From a virus (lineage: Duplodnaviria > Caudoviricetes): a stretch of 64,000 bases of DNA. Each line of letters opens with the position of its first letter. Positions within the stretch are counted from its first letter, which is position 1. Below are positions 27,462-35,808 of the stretch, in pieces. Location: the IMG/VR virus record IMGVR_UViG_2791355104_000001, one strand, 5' to 3'. Below the pieces are notes generated by a model. It was given only the letters and a program-made list of their open reading frames with translations, searched no databases and had not been told where the DNA came from. Both the position numbers and the translations under genes were made by a program.

Positions 27462-28079
27462 TTATTTTTTAGACCTTCTGAATCCAGCAAAAGCCAACCC
27501 TAAGCCAAAGAGTGCAGCCGTGGCAGGCTCTGGAACAAAGAAATACGGTTCGTCAGCTAGCGTAAACTTATTTCCATCAAGAAACGCAAGCGTGATGGCG
27601 CCGTCTTGCTCAAAGTCATATCGCCAATCATCCGTAAATGCGGCTAAGCCAAAACTGAAACCATCGTTTAACTGTTCTGCATACGCCAATCCGGACCACG
27701 GATTAGGCTCATCGTAAATAAAGTTTTCAAGTGTGCCTAGGTCAAGAGAGCCAACAGCGGTGCGTTTACCGCTAAAAGCGTGATCTATACGCATTACAAA
27801 GCCGAAGAAACCGTTAAGCATGCCTATCAAGTAAAAAGGCTTCTCATAATGGGAATTATCCATATCGATGTTTAATTCCCATTTATAATAGAGTGGGTTG
27901 TCAAATGCGAATTCGAATTCATTGTCTCCAACTGCTATATGGCCCAAGTAAGGAGATTCGTCCCAGTCAGAAGAAGTGTGAGTTGTATTGTCTAAGTGAT
28001 GTTGGTCATAGGTGTACATGAGAGCCGCATTAGCAGCAACAGGCATTAAAAAGGCGAGTGCAAGGATCAGTCGTTTCAT
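27462..28079 (-). CDS. PEP-CTERM sorting-domain surface protein 2
   Basis: Signal peptide MKRLILALAFLMPVAANA; canonical VPEPATAALFGLGLAFAGFRRSKK. Confidence 0.9.
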   Translation of the reverse strand: MKRLILALAFLMPVAANAALMYTYDQHHLDNTTHTSSDWDESPYLGHIAVGDNEFEFAFDNPLYYKWELNIDMDNSHYEKPFYLIGMLNGFFGFVMRIDHAFSGKRTAVGSLDLGTLENFIYDEPNPWSGLAYAEQLNDGFSFGLAAFTDDWRYDFEQDGAITLAFLDGNKFTLADEPYFFVPEPATAALFGLGLAFAGFRRSKK

Positions 28080-28210
28080 GGTCAATTCCTTTTGTTGGTT
28101 ATTTATTCAAATACTAATGTATACACAAATATAACAGCGCGCAACTTTTAGATCTGATTGTTGAGCGCAGGGGAATTTTAATACTAAACTTACTGATGTT
28201 TACGTTCTGC

Positions 28211-28405
28211 TCAGTCAAGTGATGTGGGTGCGTGGGTTTTATTTCTCATCCACCATGCGATTGCCTCAAGTTCGTCTACAGAAAAATCTGCATCAAGCTG
28301 AATGCTGTCGTCACCAGTCCAATCAACCCAATCTGTGCTGTCATGAAGGCTGTTATCTGGCTGTATTCTCTCCCCCAGTATCGCTCTCGCTTTCTCTTCG
28401 TTCAT
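28211..28405 (-). CDS. Small acidic hypothetical protein
   Basis: 64-aa ORF with protein-like composition. Confidence 0.5.
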   Translation of the reverse strand: MNEEKARAILGERIQPDNSLHDSTDWVDWTGDDSIQLDADFSVDELEAIAWWMRNKTHAPTSLD

Positions 28406-28602
28406 AGCTATTCCCAGTCAAATTACTTGTAATTGATTTCCTAACTTAATCATACCGAAAAACGGCAAAACAAACACTTAAATAGCGCAAGTCGTTAGGA
28501 ACGCATAGCCTTAACTCACCGGAACTGCCGAATAGTTCAAAGGGATTTGAATCCCTTTTGTGGGCCAATTCGGTGTAACCTTATACAGTGGTTTCAAAAA
28601 CC

Positions 28603-28615
28603 TAAGTTATTGATT
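28603..28615 (-). promoter_or_regulatory. IHF-binding consensus in the att arm
   Basis: AATCAATAACTTA on the minus strand matches WATCAANNNNTTR, about 110 bp from the att core. Confidence 0.6.
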
Positions 28616-28727
28616 CCAAAAGGTGCGCCATTTCCGGAAATAGCTTTTTTGCCGCCCCCTTAAACAGTCGATTTTCATGGGTTAAGATGCTGAAATAAAA
28701 GGATTTTGCACTACCTTTCGCCGCCAA

Positions 28728-28773
28728 CTTGACATGGTAGAGGTCGCCTGTTCGAATCAGGCTAGACGCACCA
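28728..28773 (+). pseudogene. 3' fragment of tRNA-Val(GAC), probable prophage attR
   Basis: CTTGACAT anticodon loop, GGTAG, AGGTC, T-arm GCCTG-TTCGAAT-CAGGC, TAGACGC-A-CCA; acceptor 5' strand and D-arm absent. Confidence 0.88.
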
Positions 28774-28926
28774 TCTATTTTACTTCCAGAAATTCGTTCC
28801 GACGTTATTTTAAAAATATTTGAATTTCTTAACTCATTGACGGCATTGAATTAATCGGTTTTAAGCAGTTTTTTCAGAATCTCTGTTTCTTTTCGTTTTT
28901 CCTCTGAAAACTGATGAATACTGTCA

Positions 28927-28968
28927 GGATGGTCACGAGTGGTCACAATTCGTGACCATCCGTGACCA
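28927..28968. repeat. Four TGGTCAC heptamers (two direct, two inverted, 10-bp period); integrase arm-type sites
   Basis: GGATGGTCACGAGTGGTCACAATTCGTGACCATCCGTGACCA. Confidence 0.7.
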
Positions 28969-29020
28969 AATCTAGACTTTACTCCCTCGTTATTTGCCGT
29001 TAAAAAGCCATAGAGATTTC

Positions 29021-29902
29021 CTATTGCTGCATTTTGTATTTAACAAAGTCACCCAAAAAAATTTCCCAATTCTGCTTCGCACAACCACGTATTAAATTGT
29101 GCAATGCTGTTTTTTCATGAGTTTTTAGCGAAGTGGCGTTACGAAATAATATGCTGTTTGAAAATATGCCGTAACCGTTTGTCGCGCAGTTAACATTAAA
29201 CAACGTGACCCCTTCAATCGATGCAAATGCAATATATTCATTATCTCCAGTATTTCTGAAGAATAAATGCAGGCGCACTTGATTATCTAAAAGTATGTAG
29301 TGGCCATCAGAGGAGAATAAATTGTCTTTTAACCGTAAATTTGGATGAGCGCACAAAAGTAATATGGATTCTGCGGAAATAGACATTTCTGATTCAAAGG
29401 CGTATTTTTTCACTTTTAAGAGCTTTAAGCAGCCGCTTTTTAATGTCGAGCGATGCATGCCTTTTTCAGCAGAAGCTTTTTTTAAGCTGCTAAATGTGCG
29501 CCCTTCTGAATCTGTGACCATTAAGGCATTGCTATGTCGAGTAGGGGAGTGACTGGGCAAATCAAGCCACTCTCTAATGCGTCTTCGCCTTAAAGATAAA
29601 CGTTTACCTACGCTACCTGCTTTAATTTTCTCTTGAGCCGCAAATTGTTCTATACGGTCTTGATAGTTCATCGTTGGCAGTTTTCGCTCTACAATTTCAA
29701 GCGCTTCATAAATATTCCATCCGCAGCGGACTCGTTCGAGCACTTTATCGCTATTTAATCCAAAGGTTCTGGCTGCAGCAGACAAGCTGTCATAAACCTG
29801 ACCTTGTACTTCAACTTGCTTATTATTAGATACATGAGATGTCATGGAATTACTCCTTTCAGTTAAATTCCACAACAGTGTGTTAATTTTTGAGCTTTTC
29901 AA
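29021..29902 (-). CDS. Hypothetical protein with a homing-endonuclease-type DNA-binding repeat
   Basis: GQVYDSLSAAARTFGL...RVRCGWNIYEAL and a second GRTFSSLKKAS copy; start probably nearer ATG 29845. Confidence 0.5.
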   Translation of the reverse strand: MKSSKINTLLWNLTERSNSMTSHVSNNKQVEVQGQVYDSLSAAARTFGLNSDKVLERVRCGWNIYEALEIVERKLPTMNYQDRIEQFAAQEKIKAGSVGKRLSLRRRRIREWLDLPSHSPTRHSNALMVTDSEGRTFSSLKKASAEKGMHRSTLKSGCLKLLKVKKYAFESEMSISAESILLLCAHPNLRLKDNLFSSDGHYILLDNQVRLHLFFRNTGDNEYIAFASIEGVTLFNVNCATNGYGIFSNSILFRNATSLKTHEKTALHNLIRGCAKQNWEIFLGDFVKYKMQQ

Positions 29903-30061
29903 AAACTATCGAACCGAGAAACTAAAAGTGGGCCTATAGAAAGAATAAGTGAAGTGAGAAAAATTAAACGCCCCCGGCACTGTTAAAAAAACTCGAAGGC
30001 ACTCGAAGATGAACGAATAGTGAGCATCGGCGCGTAACTGAGGCCCGACGCGAGTGTGTTC

Positions 30062-30640
30062 TTAAGTTCTGATATAGTTTTTATCTAGTGACAAAGTAAT
30101 ATATCTCTGTAATAGGAAAGGCTCTTGTCTGTCTCGTAAGTATACCTTAGCTTGAAGTACATACTCACCGTTTGCCAATTCTTTTAAAAGGAATCTATTT
30201 TGTTTTTGCGATCTAGTTTGTATGGGTTCTTCGTAACTTTTATGCAAGAAATACTCAACGTATTTGACTCTATCCAATGCTCCTTTGTAGTAAGAATCTA
30301 CAACAACTCTAATATCGTAATGCGGGATTCCGGTTAAACCAGTTCTTGCTTGAAATTCTGATTGCTTCTCCTCTCGCAGAAAAGAAATGTGGTTCAGAAA
30401 GACGTAGTCTGCAGGAATTTTTTCTGCTTCAATTAGCTCAGTCTGCGCTGGCTGCCCTGCTCCTATGGCAACACTTGCTGGCTCGACAGATAGCTCTACA
30501 TACTCACTAACTTTTAGAGAAAAACCACCCCCTGAATTTTTTGAGTGCATAAAAAGGTTCCATGCGAAGAAAAGCGCAAACCCTATTAAGCAAAATTCAA
30601 TGATCTTAAAAACGACTTCAATCACCTGGCTAATTTCCAT
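30062..30640 (-). CDS. TM-anchored prokaryotic YEATS (pYEATS) domain protein
   Basis: N-terminal TM; RVKYVEYFLHKSY...NRFLLKELANGEYVLQAKVYL fits the pYEATS pattern. Confidence 0.75.
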   Translation of the reverse strand: MEISQVIEVVFKIIEFCLIGFALFFAWNLFMHSKNSGGGFSLKVSEYVELSVEPASVAIGAGQPAQTELIEAEKIPADYVFLNHISFLREEKQSEFQARTGLTGIPHYDIRVVVDSYYKGALDRVKYVEYFLHKSYEEPIQTRSQKQNRFLLKELANGEYVLQAKVYLRDRQEPFLLQRYITLSLDKNYIRT

Positions 30641-31270
30641 TGTTTACCCTCCGTCCGTGACATAAATGGTCTTACTTATTAAATGTGGACATCCATGTTG
30701 AACGTATGCCACTTCGTATTTATATGGCTTGCATAGCACAGTGTTTTTTTACAGGGGTGCGTTACAACAAAATTTTATTTCTTAAAGTGAGTTGAATTTC
30801 TCTCCGAAAATCAGTTTGATTTCTATGAGATTAGTCAATTATTCCACCACGATATTGTCTCAGCAATTGGATCTTCTATCCATGCTGAAAGTTTCACCGA
30901 TACTTATTGCTAGGTCGTGGTATTGTATGAAACTAAATTACATAGATCTGTTATTATGAACTATTAACTCAAGTTATACACTCCGATGATTAAACGCGCT
31001 ATTGAGATATCGCACAAGTAGACTATTTAATCATATGTGGCAATGAAATCCCTGTTCACAATAGTTCTTGAGTATAAACCCGTGACCGTGGTTAAATAAT
31101 ATCCAATCAGTTTCACTTACGTTTCAGCTCCCACAGAGACCCCCTCAGACAACGTCGATCTGTCTTATAAATTAGTTAGTAATAATTGTAATTAGCAATT
31201 GTAATTATTATGTATTTGAGGTTACTTTGCGATAACAATAGTTGAAATTAAGTTAGTACAAGGATGTTAA

Positions 31271-32470
31271 ATGAAATTAACGACAATCGAACAATCAGCA
31301 AAACGCCTATTTGATGCTCGTGTTAGGCACGTTAAATATCGTGGTCTCGAAGAATTGCACAACATTCTTGAAGAGTCTTATAAACTTCACGAAAGGCTAA
31401 AAATTGTTCCGGGAAAAAAGGAAGGGCTTCAAAATATAGATGAATTTTTATTGCTTAAAGCGCTACGTAACTACTCAGTTCATACAGGAGATTTCTTCGG
31501 TGGTGTTTATACATATGATCTCGAAAAGCTTGCTCCGGAGTTTTTGCGTTTCCATATAAGTCTTTACCAACTATGTCTAATAAATAAAAACGAAGTGAAG
31601 CGAGCGATCAATTCTGAGAAGCCGCTGCTAAACTACGCACAGGAGCAGGCTAAACTTGAAGCTATTAATCGTCAGTTAATACCTTATGGAGATTACTATG
31701 ATCTAGAGCCAGTTGTTTTTAATTTCATTGCAAAACTCTATGAAGAGCTACTTCCGTTGAGACTATCTATATCAGGGGAAGGTTATTCCACCATACAAGA
31801 TTCCTACAATGAAGAAACCCGTGCTGGCATGAGCCATTATGTACCAGTAGAGCCTATCCCTTTTCCTTTTGAAAAGGACAAATTTATGGAGAATCTAGTT
31901 CCACTTGGTAGTGGAAAACTGGAAACCAGGGATGAATTCGAAAATATAACTACAACCGGCCTAAACTATTTAGGCTACACGTTGCTTCAAACTGAAGTTC
32001 CCCCAGGTTTTGAGTATCTGGTAGATGCGCATAAAACAATGGCTATGGAGCTTATTGGCAGTAAAAATGAATTTATAGAACTCGCTGCCTCTTTGCCGCA
32101 CTATATGGGTGCTGCAGTCATCCTAGATGATGAAATGAAAGATATTAATGTACGGCAATTCAACATTAAGCAAGAGTTGGCGGCCTTACAGCAGCACGCC
32201 ATCCAAATAAATGAAAAGCTATTACCTACACACGATGGAGAATTATTTATACTTGTTTGCGTATCAGGTAAAGCACGCCAGATCACTCCAAACCTTGTTT
32301 ATAAGGACGAGCTATTCTCATTTTGTGAAGAATTGTCATCTCACCAGAATGAGAAAAAAAGCAATCAAAAAAATATAAAATTACGCGAATCAACTTCAAC
32401 CAAAGAAAATCACAAGAAAGCGCAAAGCAGGAAAAGAAAAGCTGCTTCAAAAGCTAGAAAAAGAAATTGA
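31271..32470 (+). CDS. Putative HEPN-like protein
   Basis: LLKALRNYSVH R-x4-H motif in a helical N-terminal domain; basic C-terminal tail. Confidence 0.5.
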   Translation: MKLTTIEQSAKRLFDARVRHVKYRGLEELHNILEESYKLHERLKIVPGKKEGLQNIDEFLLLKALRNYSVHTGDFFGGVYTYDLEKLAPEFLRFHISLYQLCLINKNEVKRAINSEKPLLNYAQEQAKLEAINRQLIPYGDYYDLEPVVFNFIAKLYEELLPLRLSISGEGYSTIQDSYNEETRAGMSHYVPVEPIPFPFEKDKFMENLVPLGSGKLETRDEFENITTTGLNYLGYTLLQTEVPPGFEYLVDAHKTMAMELIGSKNEFIELAASLPHYMGAAVILDDEMKDINVRQFNIKQELAALQQHAIQINEKLLPTHDGELFILVCVSGKARQITPNLVYKDELFSFCEELSSHQNEKKSNQKNIKLRESTSTKENHKKAQSRKRKAASKARKRN

Positions 32471-32545
32471 AAATAGCAAGGTTGTACACCTTCTTACCGA
32501 ATAATAGTGAGACACCTATATAGCTTTCAATTAAAAGAGGAAAGT

Positions 32546-32767
32546 CTAATCCGGCACATACTCAATCACATCCTCAATTTTACAATCAAAGAATTTACAT
32601 AAAGCTTCTAGCGTGGTGATGCTGGTGTGATAGCCAGTGTTATTGGCTATTTTACTCATGGCTGAGCTTTGAATACCCACCTCATTTGCTAGAAACGACA
32701 GTGTTATTTTTCTGCCTTCTTGCTCGGATTTCTGTTTTACCAGCTCTCTTATCTTGTACTTGATCAA
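32546..32767 (-). CDS. Cro/CI-type HTH repressor
   Basis: ITLSFLANEVGIQSSAMSKIAN...TLEALCKFFDCKIEDVIEY. Confidence 0.88.
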   Translation of the reverse strand: MIKYKIRELVKQKSEQEGRKITLSFLANEVGIQSSAMSKIANNTGYHTSITTLEALCKFFDCKIEDVIEYVPD

Positions 32768-32794
32768 AATACGTTTACCAAAAAATACACAAAA

Positions 32795-32847
32795 TTGTCT
32801 TGATAAGACGAAAAATGACTTGTATATTTGTCTTGTGAAGACGAAAA
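32795..32847. promoter_or_regulatory. Two 20-bp operators between the divergent repressor and xis
   Basis: TTGTCTTGATAAGACGAAAA (32795-32814) and TTGTCTTGTGAAGACGAAAA (32828-32847), 18/20 identical, each with a GTCTT-N3-AAGAC palindrome. Confidence 0.75.
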
Positions 32848-32866
32848 CAGGTCAAAGGAGGCCTTT

Positions 32867-33103
32867 ATGAAACAAACGTTACTCACAGCAAAAGAGCTCT
32901 CAGCCCGAATTAAATTTAGTGCCAACTACATCAATGCGGAGCTGCGAGACTCAATTTTCATCGAAGGTAAGCATTACATTCGACCATTCAATGGTAGAAA
33001 AATTCTATACATTTGGGAAGAGGTAGAAGCGTATTTGTATGAAAGTGCAGTTCGCAACGCCACATACATTCCCATGGCATCGGGGAGAGTGTGTCATGGG
33101 TAG
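32867..33103 (+). CDS. Excisionase/recombination directionality factor (AlpA/MerR-like wHTH)
   Basis: AAGGAGG RBS; LLTAKELSARIKFS...GKHYIRPFNGRKILY; overlaps the integrase start. Confidence 0.75.
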   Translation: MKQTLLTAKELSARIKFSANYINAELRDSIFIEGKHYIRPFNGRKILYIWEEVEAYLYESAVRNATYIPMASGRVCHG

Positions 33104-34316
33104 CATAAATGTTCGTGAATCCAAGCTCTATCTTGATTTCAGGTACTTAAATACGCGATGTAGAGAGCAAACTGCATTGCCAGATACGCGGGCTAACAGG
33201 AAGAAATTAGAAAAGCTACTTAAGCAAATTGAGTCAGATATCCGCTTAAAATGCTTTGTGTACAGCGATTATTTTCCCGATTCTAAAAAGGCTTCGAACT
33301 TTGTTAAAGATGATGAACAGGCAAGCCGCATAAAGCGAGCGATGCTGGCTACGTATCAAAAGACGTCCAACGCTCTTCAAGGGCACAATAATAGGGCGTT
33401 TGAGGACTTCGCTCAAGAATGGTTTTCTGAAAACGAAGTACGTTGGAAACAGAGCTACGTCAACAGCATGAGAATTTATGTGTTTTCGTATCTCACTAAA
33501 GAGTTTGCGGGTTTTGATGTTAGCGAAATAGATCGCCCGACTATTTTGAAGTACCGAGCCAAACTGATGCAGCCAAAAGCTGATGGTACTCAACTTTCGA
33601 CCGACTTTGTAAATCACATCATGACACCCCTTCGAATGATTTTACGCGAGGCTGCTGACAGGTTTGGTTTCCGCTGCCAATTTGAAAATATTGCGCCGCT
33701 TCGCGTAGACCGGCGAGATGTTAATCCATTTTCACTAGAACAAGTGCTAACGTTTTTGAAAACAGTGCGTGTCGACTTTCGGAATTACTACACAGTGCGC
33801 TTTTTTACTGGCATGAGGACAGCTGAAATTGATGGCTTGATGTGGAAGTACGTTGACTTTGACTTGGGCACGATAAGTATCAGAGAGACATTTGTGCAAG
33901 GTCGAATGGATTCAACCAAAACTCGCGGCTCTATGCGCGACATTCAAATGTCGACATTAGTGAAAGAAGCGCTTCAAAATCAGTTGGAAGTTTCTGGTGA
34001 TGGGAAGTTTGTTTTTCCGAACTCCCAAGGCAACCCCCTAGATCATGGCAATGTAAGAGACCGCGTTTGGAAACCAACATTGAAAAAAATCGGAATGGAA
34101 TACCGTAGGCCTTATGAAACTCGTCATACCGCTGCAACCTTGTGGCTAGCATCAGGCGAGGCGCCCGAATGGATAGCGCGTCAAATGGGTCACGCAAATA
34201 CAAAAATGCTATTTGAGATTTACAGCCGCTACGTACCAAACCTCACTCGAAGAGATGGTTCTGCGTTCGAGCAACTACTTTCAAACGTTCTATGTGAGGA
34301 CAGCCAACACTTATAG
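33096..34316 (+). CDS. Tyrosine recombinase/integrase with arm-binding N-terminal domain
   Basis: LYLDFRY...RCRE arm domain; FFTGMRTAEI, TKT, YETRHT, QMGH and catalytic Y in YSRY. Confidence 0.93.
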   Translation: MGSINVRESKLYLDFRYLNTRCREQTALPDTRANRKKLEKLLKQIESDIRLKCFVYSDYFPDSKKASNFVKDDEQASRIKRAMLATYQKTSNALQGHNNRAFEDFAQEWFSENEVRWKQSYVNSMRIYVFSYLTKEFAGFDVSEIDRPTILKYRAKLMQPKADGTQLSTDFVNHIMTPLRMILREAADRFGFRCQFENIAPLRVDRRDVNPFSLEQVLTFLKTVRVDFRNYYTVRFFTGMRTAEIDGLMWKYVDFDLGTISIRETFVQGRMDSTKTRGSMRDIQMSTLVKEALQNQLEVSGDGKFVFPNSQGNPLDHGNVRDRVWKPTLKKIGMEYRRPYETRHTAATLWLASGEAPEWIARQMGHANTKMLFEIYSRYVPNLTRRDGSAFEQLLSNVLCEDSQHL

Positions 34317-34389
34317 TTTTAGCACTTAGTACACTATGAAGGTGAAATAGGTCGGGGCTTATACTGGTATCAACAGAGAGGGCAGAACG

Positions 34390-35241
34390 ATGAAAATTAA
34401 TTCATTGCAGCCAGAGCTTTCAGAAGCGAAAAAGCTTGCTCGTTTTAAAGGTTTTTACTGCATGGCTGGTTTCGTAGTTAGATTTAACGAGCATGGTAAA
34501 CCGTATTGGGTGATTACGTTAATGGATGCATTTACCCAGTTTGAGATAGTAGCCACGCAGATTGATTGCAATACAAAACACTTTTCTCACTTTGGCTTTG
34601 TTCACGTTGAAGCGACGAAAGTTAAAACAACCGTTGGCGATATATATGTTGCTGACTTTATCTATGCTGTTGATGAAATTCCAGAAAAGTACAGACATAT
34701 ACGCTTAATTCCTAGAGATGCTTCGGCGAATCATGAAGATGTAACGCGCCTGGTTAAAATAGTAGAGTGCGTTGAGTATGAAGCGTTAAGATGCTTTGTC
34801 GCGCACACTTTGATTCAAAGCCGAATAATGGTGCCATTTCTTCGAAACCCAGCAAGCTTAAATTATCATCATAACTATATTGGTGGCTTGTTAAGACACA
34901 GCATACGAGTGGCTGAGTTATTTGCGAAAAACATGGTTGGTAGAAAAGAAGAAAAGGCTTTAGGTATTGTTGGAGCGCTTCTTCACGATATAGGTAAATC
35001 CGTCACATTATCTGAATCTATGATCTACACAGCTACAGGAACAATGGTAAACCATGACTCGTTAACGTTAGAGCTTTGTGCTTCAGCGCTGAAATTACTT
35101 TCCAAAACAAACCCTAGGTATGCTGATATTTTGCGCCATATCTGGACTTGTGAGAAAGAACAGTTTAGGTATTCCACCAAGCTAAATATCGCTTCTCAGA
35201 TTCAACGATTCGATAGAGAAGACTCAAAGGAACATTCATAA
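34390..35241 (+). CDS. OB-fold plus HD-domain hydrolase (YhaM/Cbf1-like)
   Basis: HHNYIGGLLRHSIRVA and ALLHDIGK; N-terminal GKPYWVITLMD OB-like strand. Confidence 0.75.
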   Translation: MKINSLQPELSEAKKLARFKGFYCMAGFVVRFNEHGKPYWVITLMDAFTQFEIVATQIDCNTKHFSHFGFVHVEATKVKTTVGDIYVADFIYAVDEIPEKYRHIRLIPRDASANHEDVTRLVKIVECVEYEALRCFVAHTLIQSRIMVPFLRNPASLNYHHNYIGGLLRHSIRVAELFAKNMVGRKEEKALGIVGALLHDIGKSVTLSESMIYTATGTMVNHDSLTLELCASALKLLSKTNPRYADILRHIWTCEKEQFRYSTKLNIASQIQRFDREDSKEHS

Positions 35242-35316
35242 AGTAGCGAGTTTATGAAATAGCATTATCGTAGCTCTAAAAGAGGCAAATAGGGCCTTCC
35301 AACAGGAGTAACAGTT

Positions 35317-35484
35317 ATGACGGACAAAGATAAAGAGCATGTCGTCGACTTGCAGCATATTGAGTTTGATAAAAACGGCATTGTGCGACTTGCTCTGTAC
35401 CGAAAAGAAACCCAGAGGGCGTTGTGGAAATCTATGCAGCAGTTTAAAGACATCAAACCCACCGTGCCTAAAAACAAGAAATAG
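35317..35484 (+). CDS. 55-aa hypothetical protein (absent from the ORF track)
   Basis: AGGAG RBS; MTDKDKEHVVDLQHIEFDKNGIVRLALYRKETQRALWKSMQQFKDIKPTVPKNKK. Confidence 0.6.
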   Translation: MTDKDKEHVVDLQHIEFDKNGIVRLALYRKETQRALWKSMQQFKDIKPTVPKNKK

Positions 35485-35570
35485 CTTCCTAATCAAAACT
35501 AAATCCACCAAGAGCGAGAATGTCGAGGAAGCTTGTAGCTCAATCAAAACTTACTATTTGAGGTTCTATT

Positions 35571-35690
35571 ATGGATTATCTTACCCAAATTCTTGAATCT
35601 GGCTTAATGATTCCTTTCGCCTTTCTCACCGCGGTTATCATTTTAGGTATTGGCATTCTATTAAAAAAAGACTCTGATGATGAGGAGTAG
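35571..35690 (+). CDS. 39-aa single-TM peptide (absent from the ORF track)
   Basis: GAGG RBS; MDYLTQILESGLMIPFAFLTAVIILGIGILLKKDSDDEE. Confidence 0.55.
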   Translation: MDYLTQILESGLMIPFAFLTAVIILGIGILLKKDSDDEE

Positions 35691-35741
35691 GTTTGCTGTC
35701 TAAAACGCCTATGGAACTTATCGAATAGGCAGTCATCAACC

Positions 35742-35778
35742 CTATGCGTCATTTTTTGCCGCATAGTTGTTTCATGCT
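35742..35778 (+). promoter_or_regulatory. Palindromic operator plus -10-like hexamer upstream of the ftsZ paralogue
   Basis: CTATGCGTCATTTTTTGCCGCATAG-TTGTTT-CATGCT; 20/25 identical to the operator upstream of the WYL gene, with the same 6-nt spacer. Confidence 0.75.
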
Positions 35779-35808
35779 TACAAAACATTAGTTTTCAAAA
35801 GTAAGCAC

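Larger units (their letters stand above)
1..28773 (+). mobile_element. Lambda-like (siphovirus) prophage, late half, ending at attR in a tRNA-Val 3' fragment
   Basis: Lambda gene order (nin, lysis, cos, terminase, W, portal, C, D, E, tail, TMP, fibre) on the + strand; ends at tRNA fragment 28728-28773. The left end is outside the window. Confidence 0.93.

Noticed and set aside
28690-28773. Intact tRNA-Val gene
   Set aside because: No 5' acceptor strand or D-arm upstream; only the anticodon loop to CCA is present, so it is treated as an att fragment.
30770-31080. Possible gene remnant on the minus strand
   Set aside because: All frames are interrupted by stops, and I recognise no family motif.
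34390-35241. Firm call as a MOBH conjugative relaxase
   Set aside because: It is short, has an OB-like N-terminus typical of YhaM/Cbf1, and no T4SS or oriT is visible; kept only as an alternative.
35339-35596. 85-aa Cys-rich ORF and overlapping minus-strand ORFs
   Set aside because: No RBS; they overlap the better-supported 35317-35484 and 35571-35690 ORFs.
35767-35808. TTG start at 35767 for ftsZ (ORF track)
   Set aside because: It falls between the operator and the -10-like hexamer, and the added residues are not FtsZ-like; ATG 35809 preferred.
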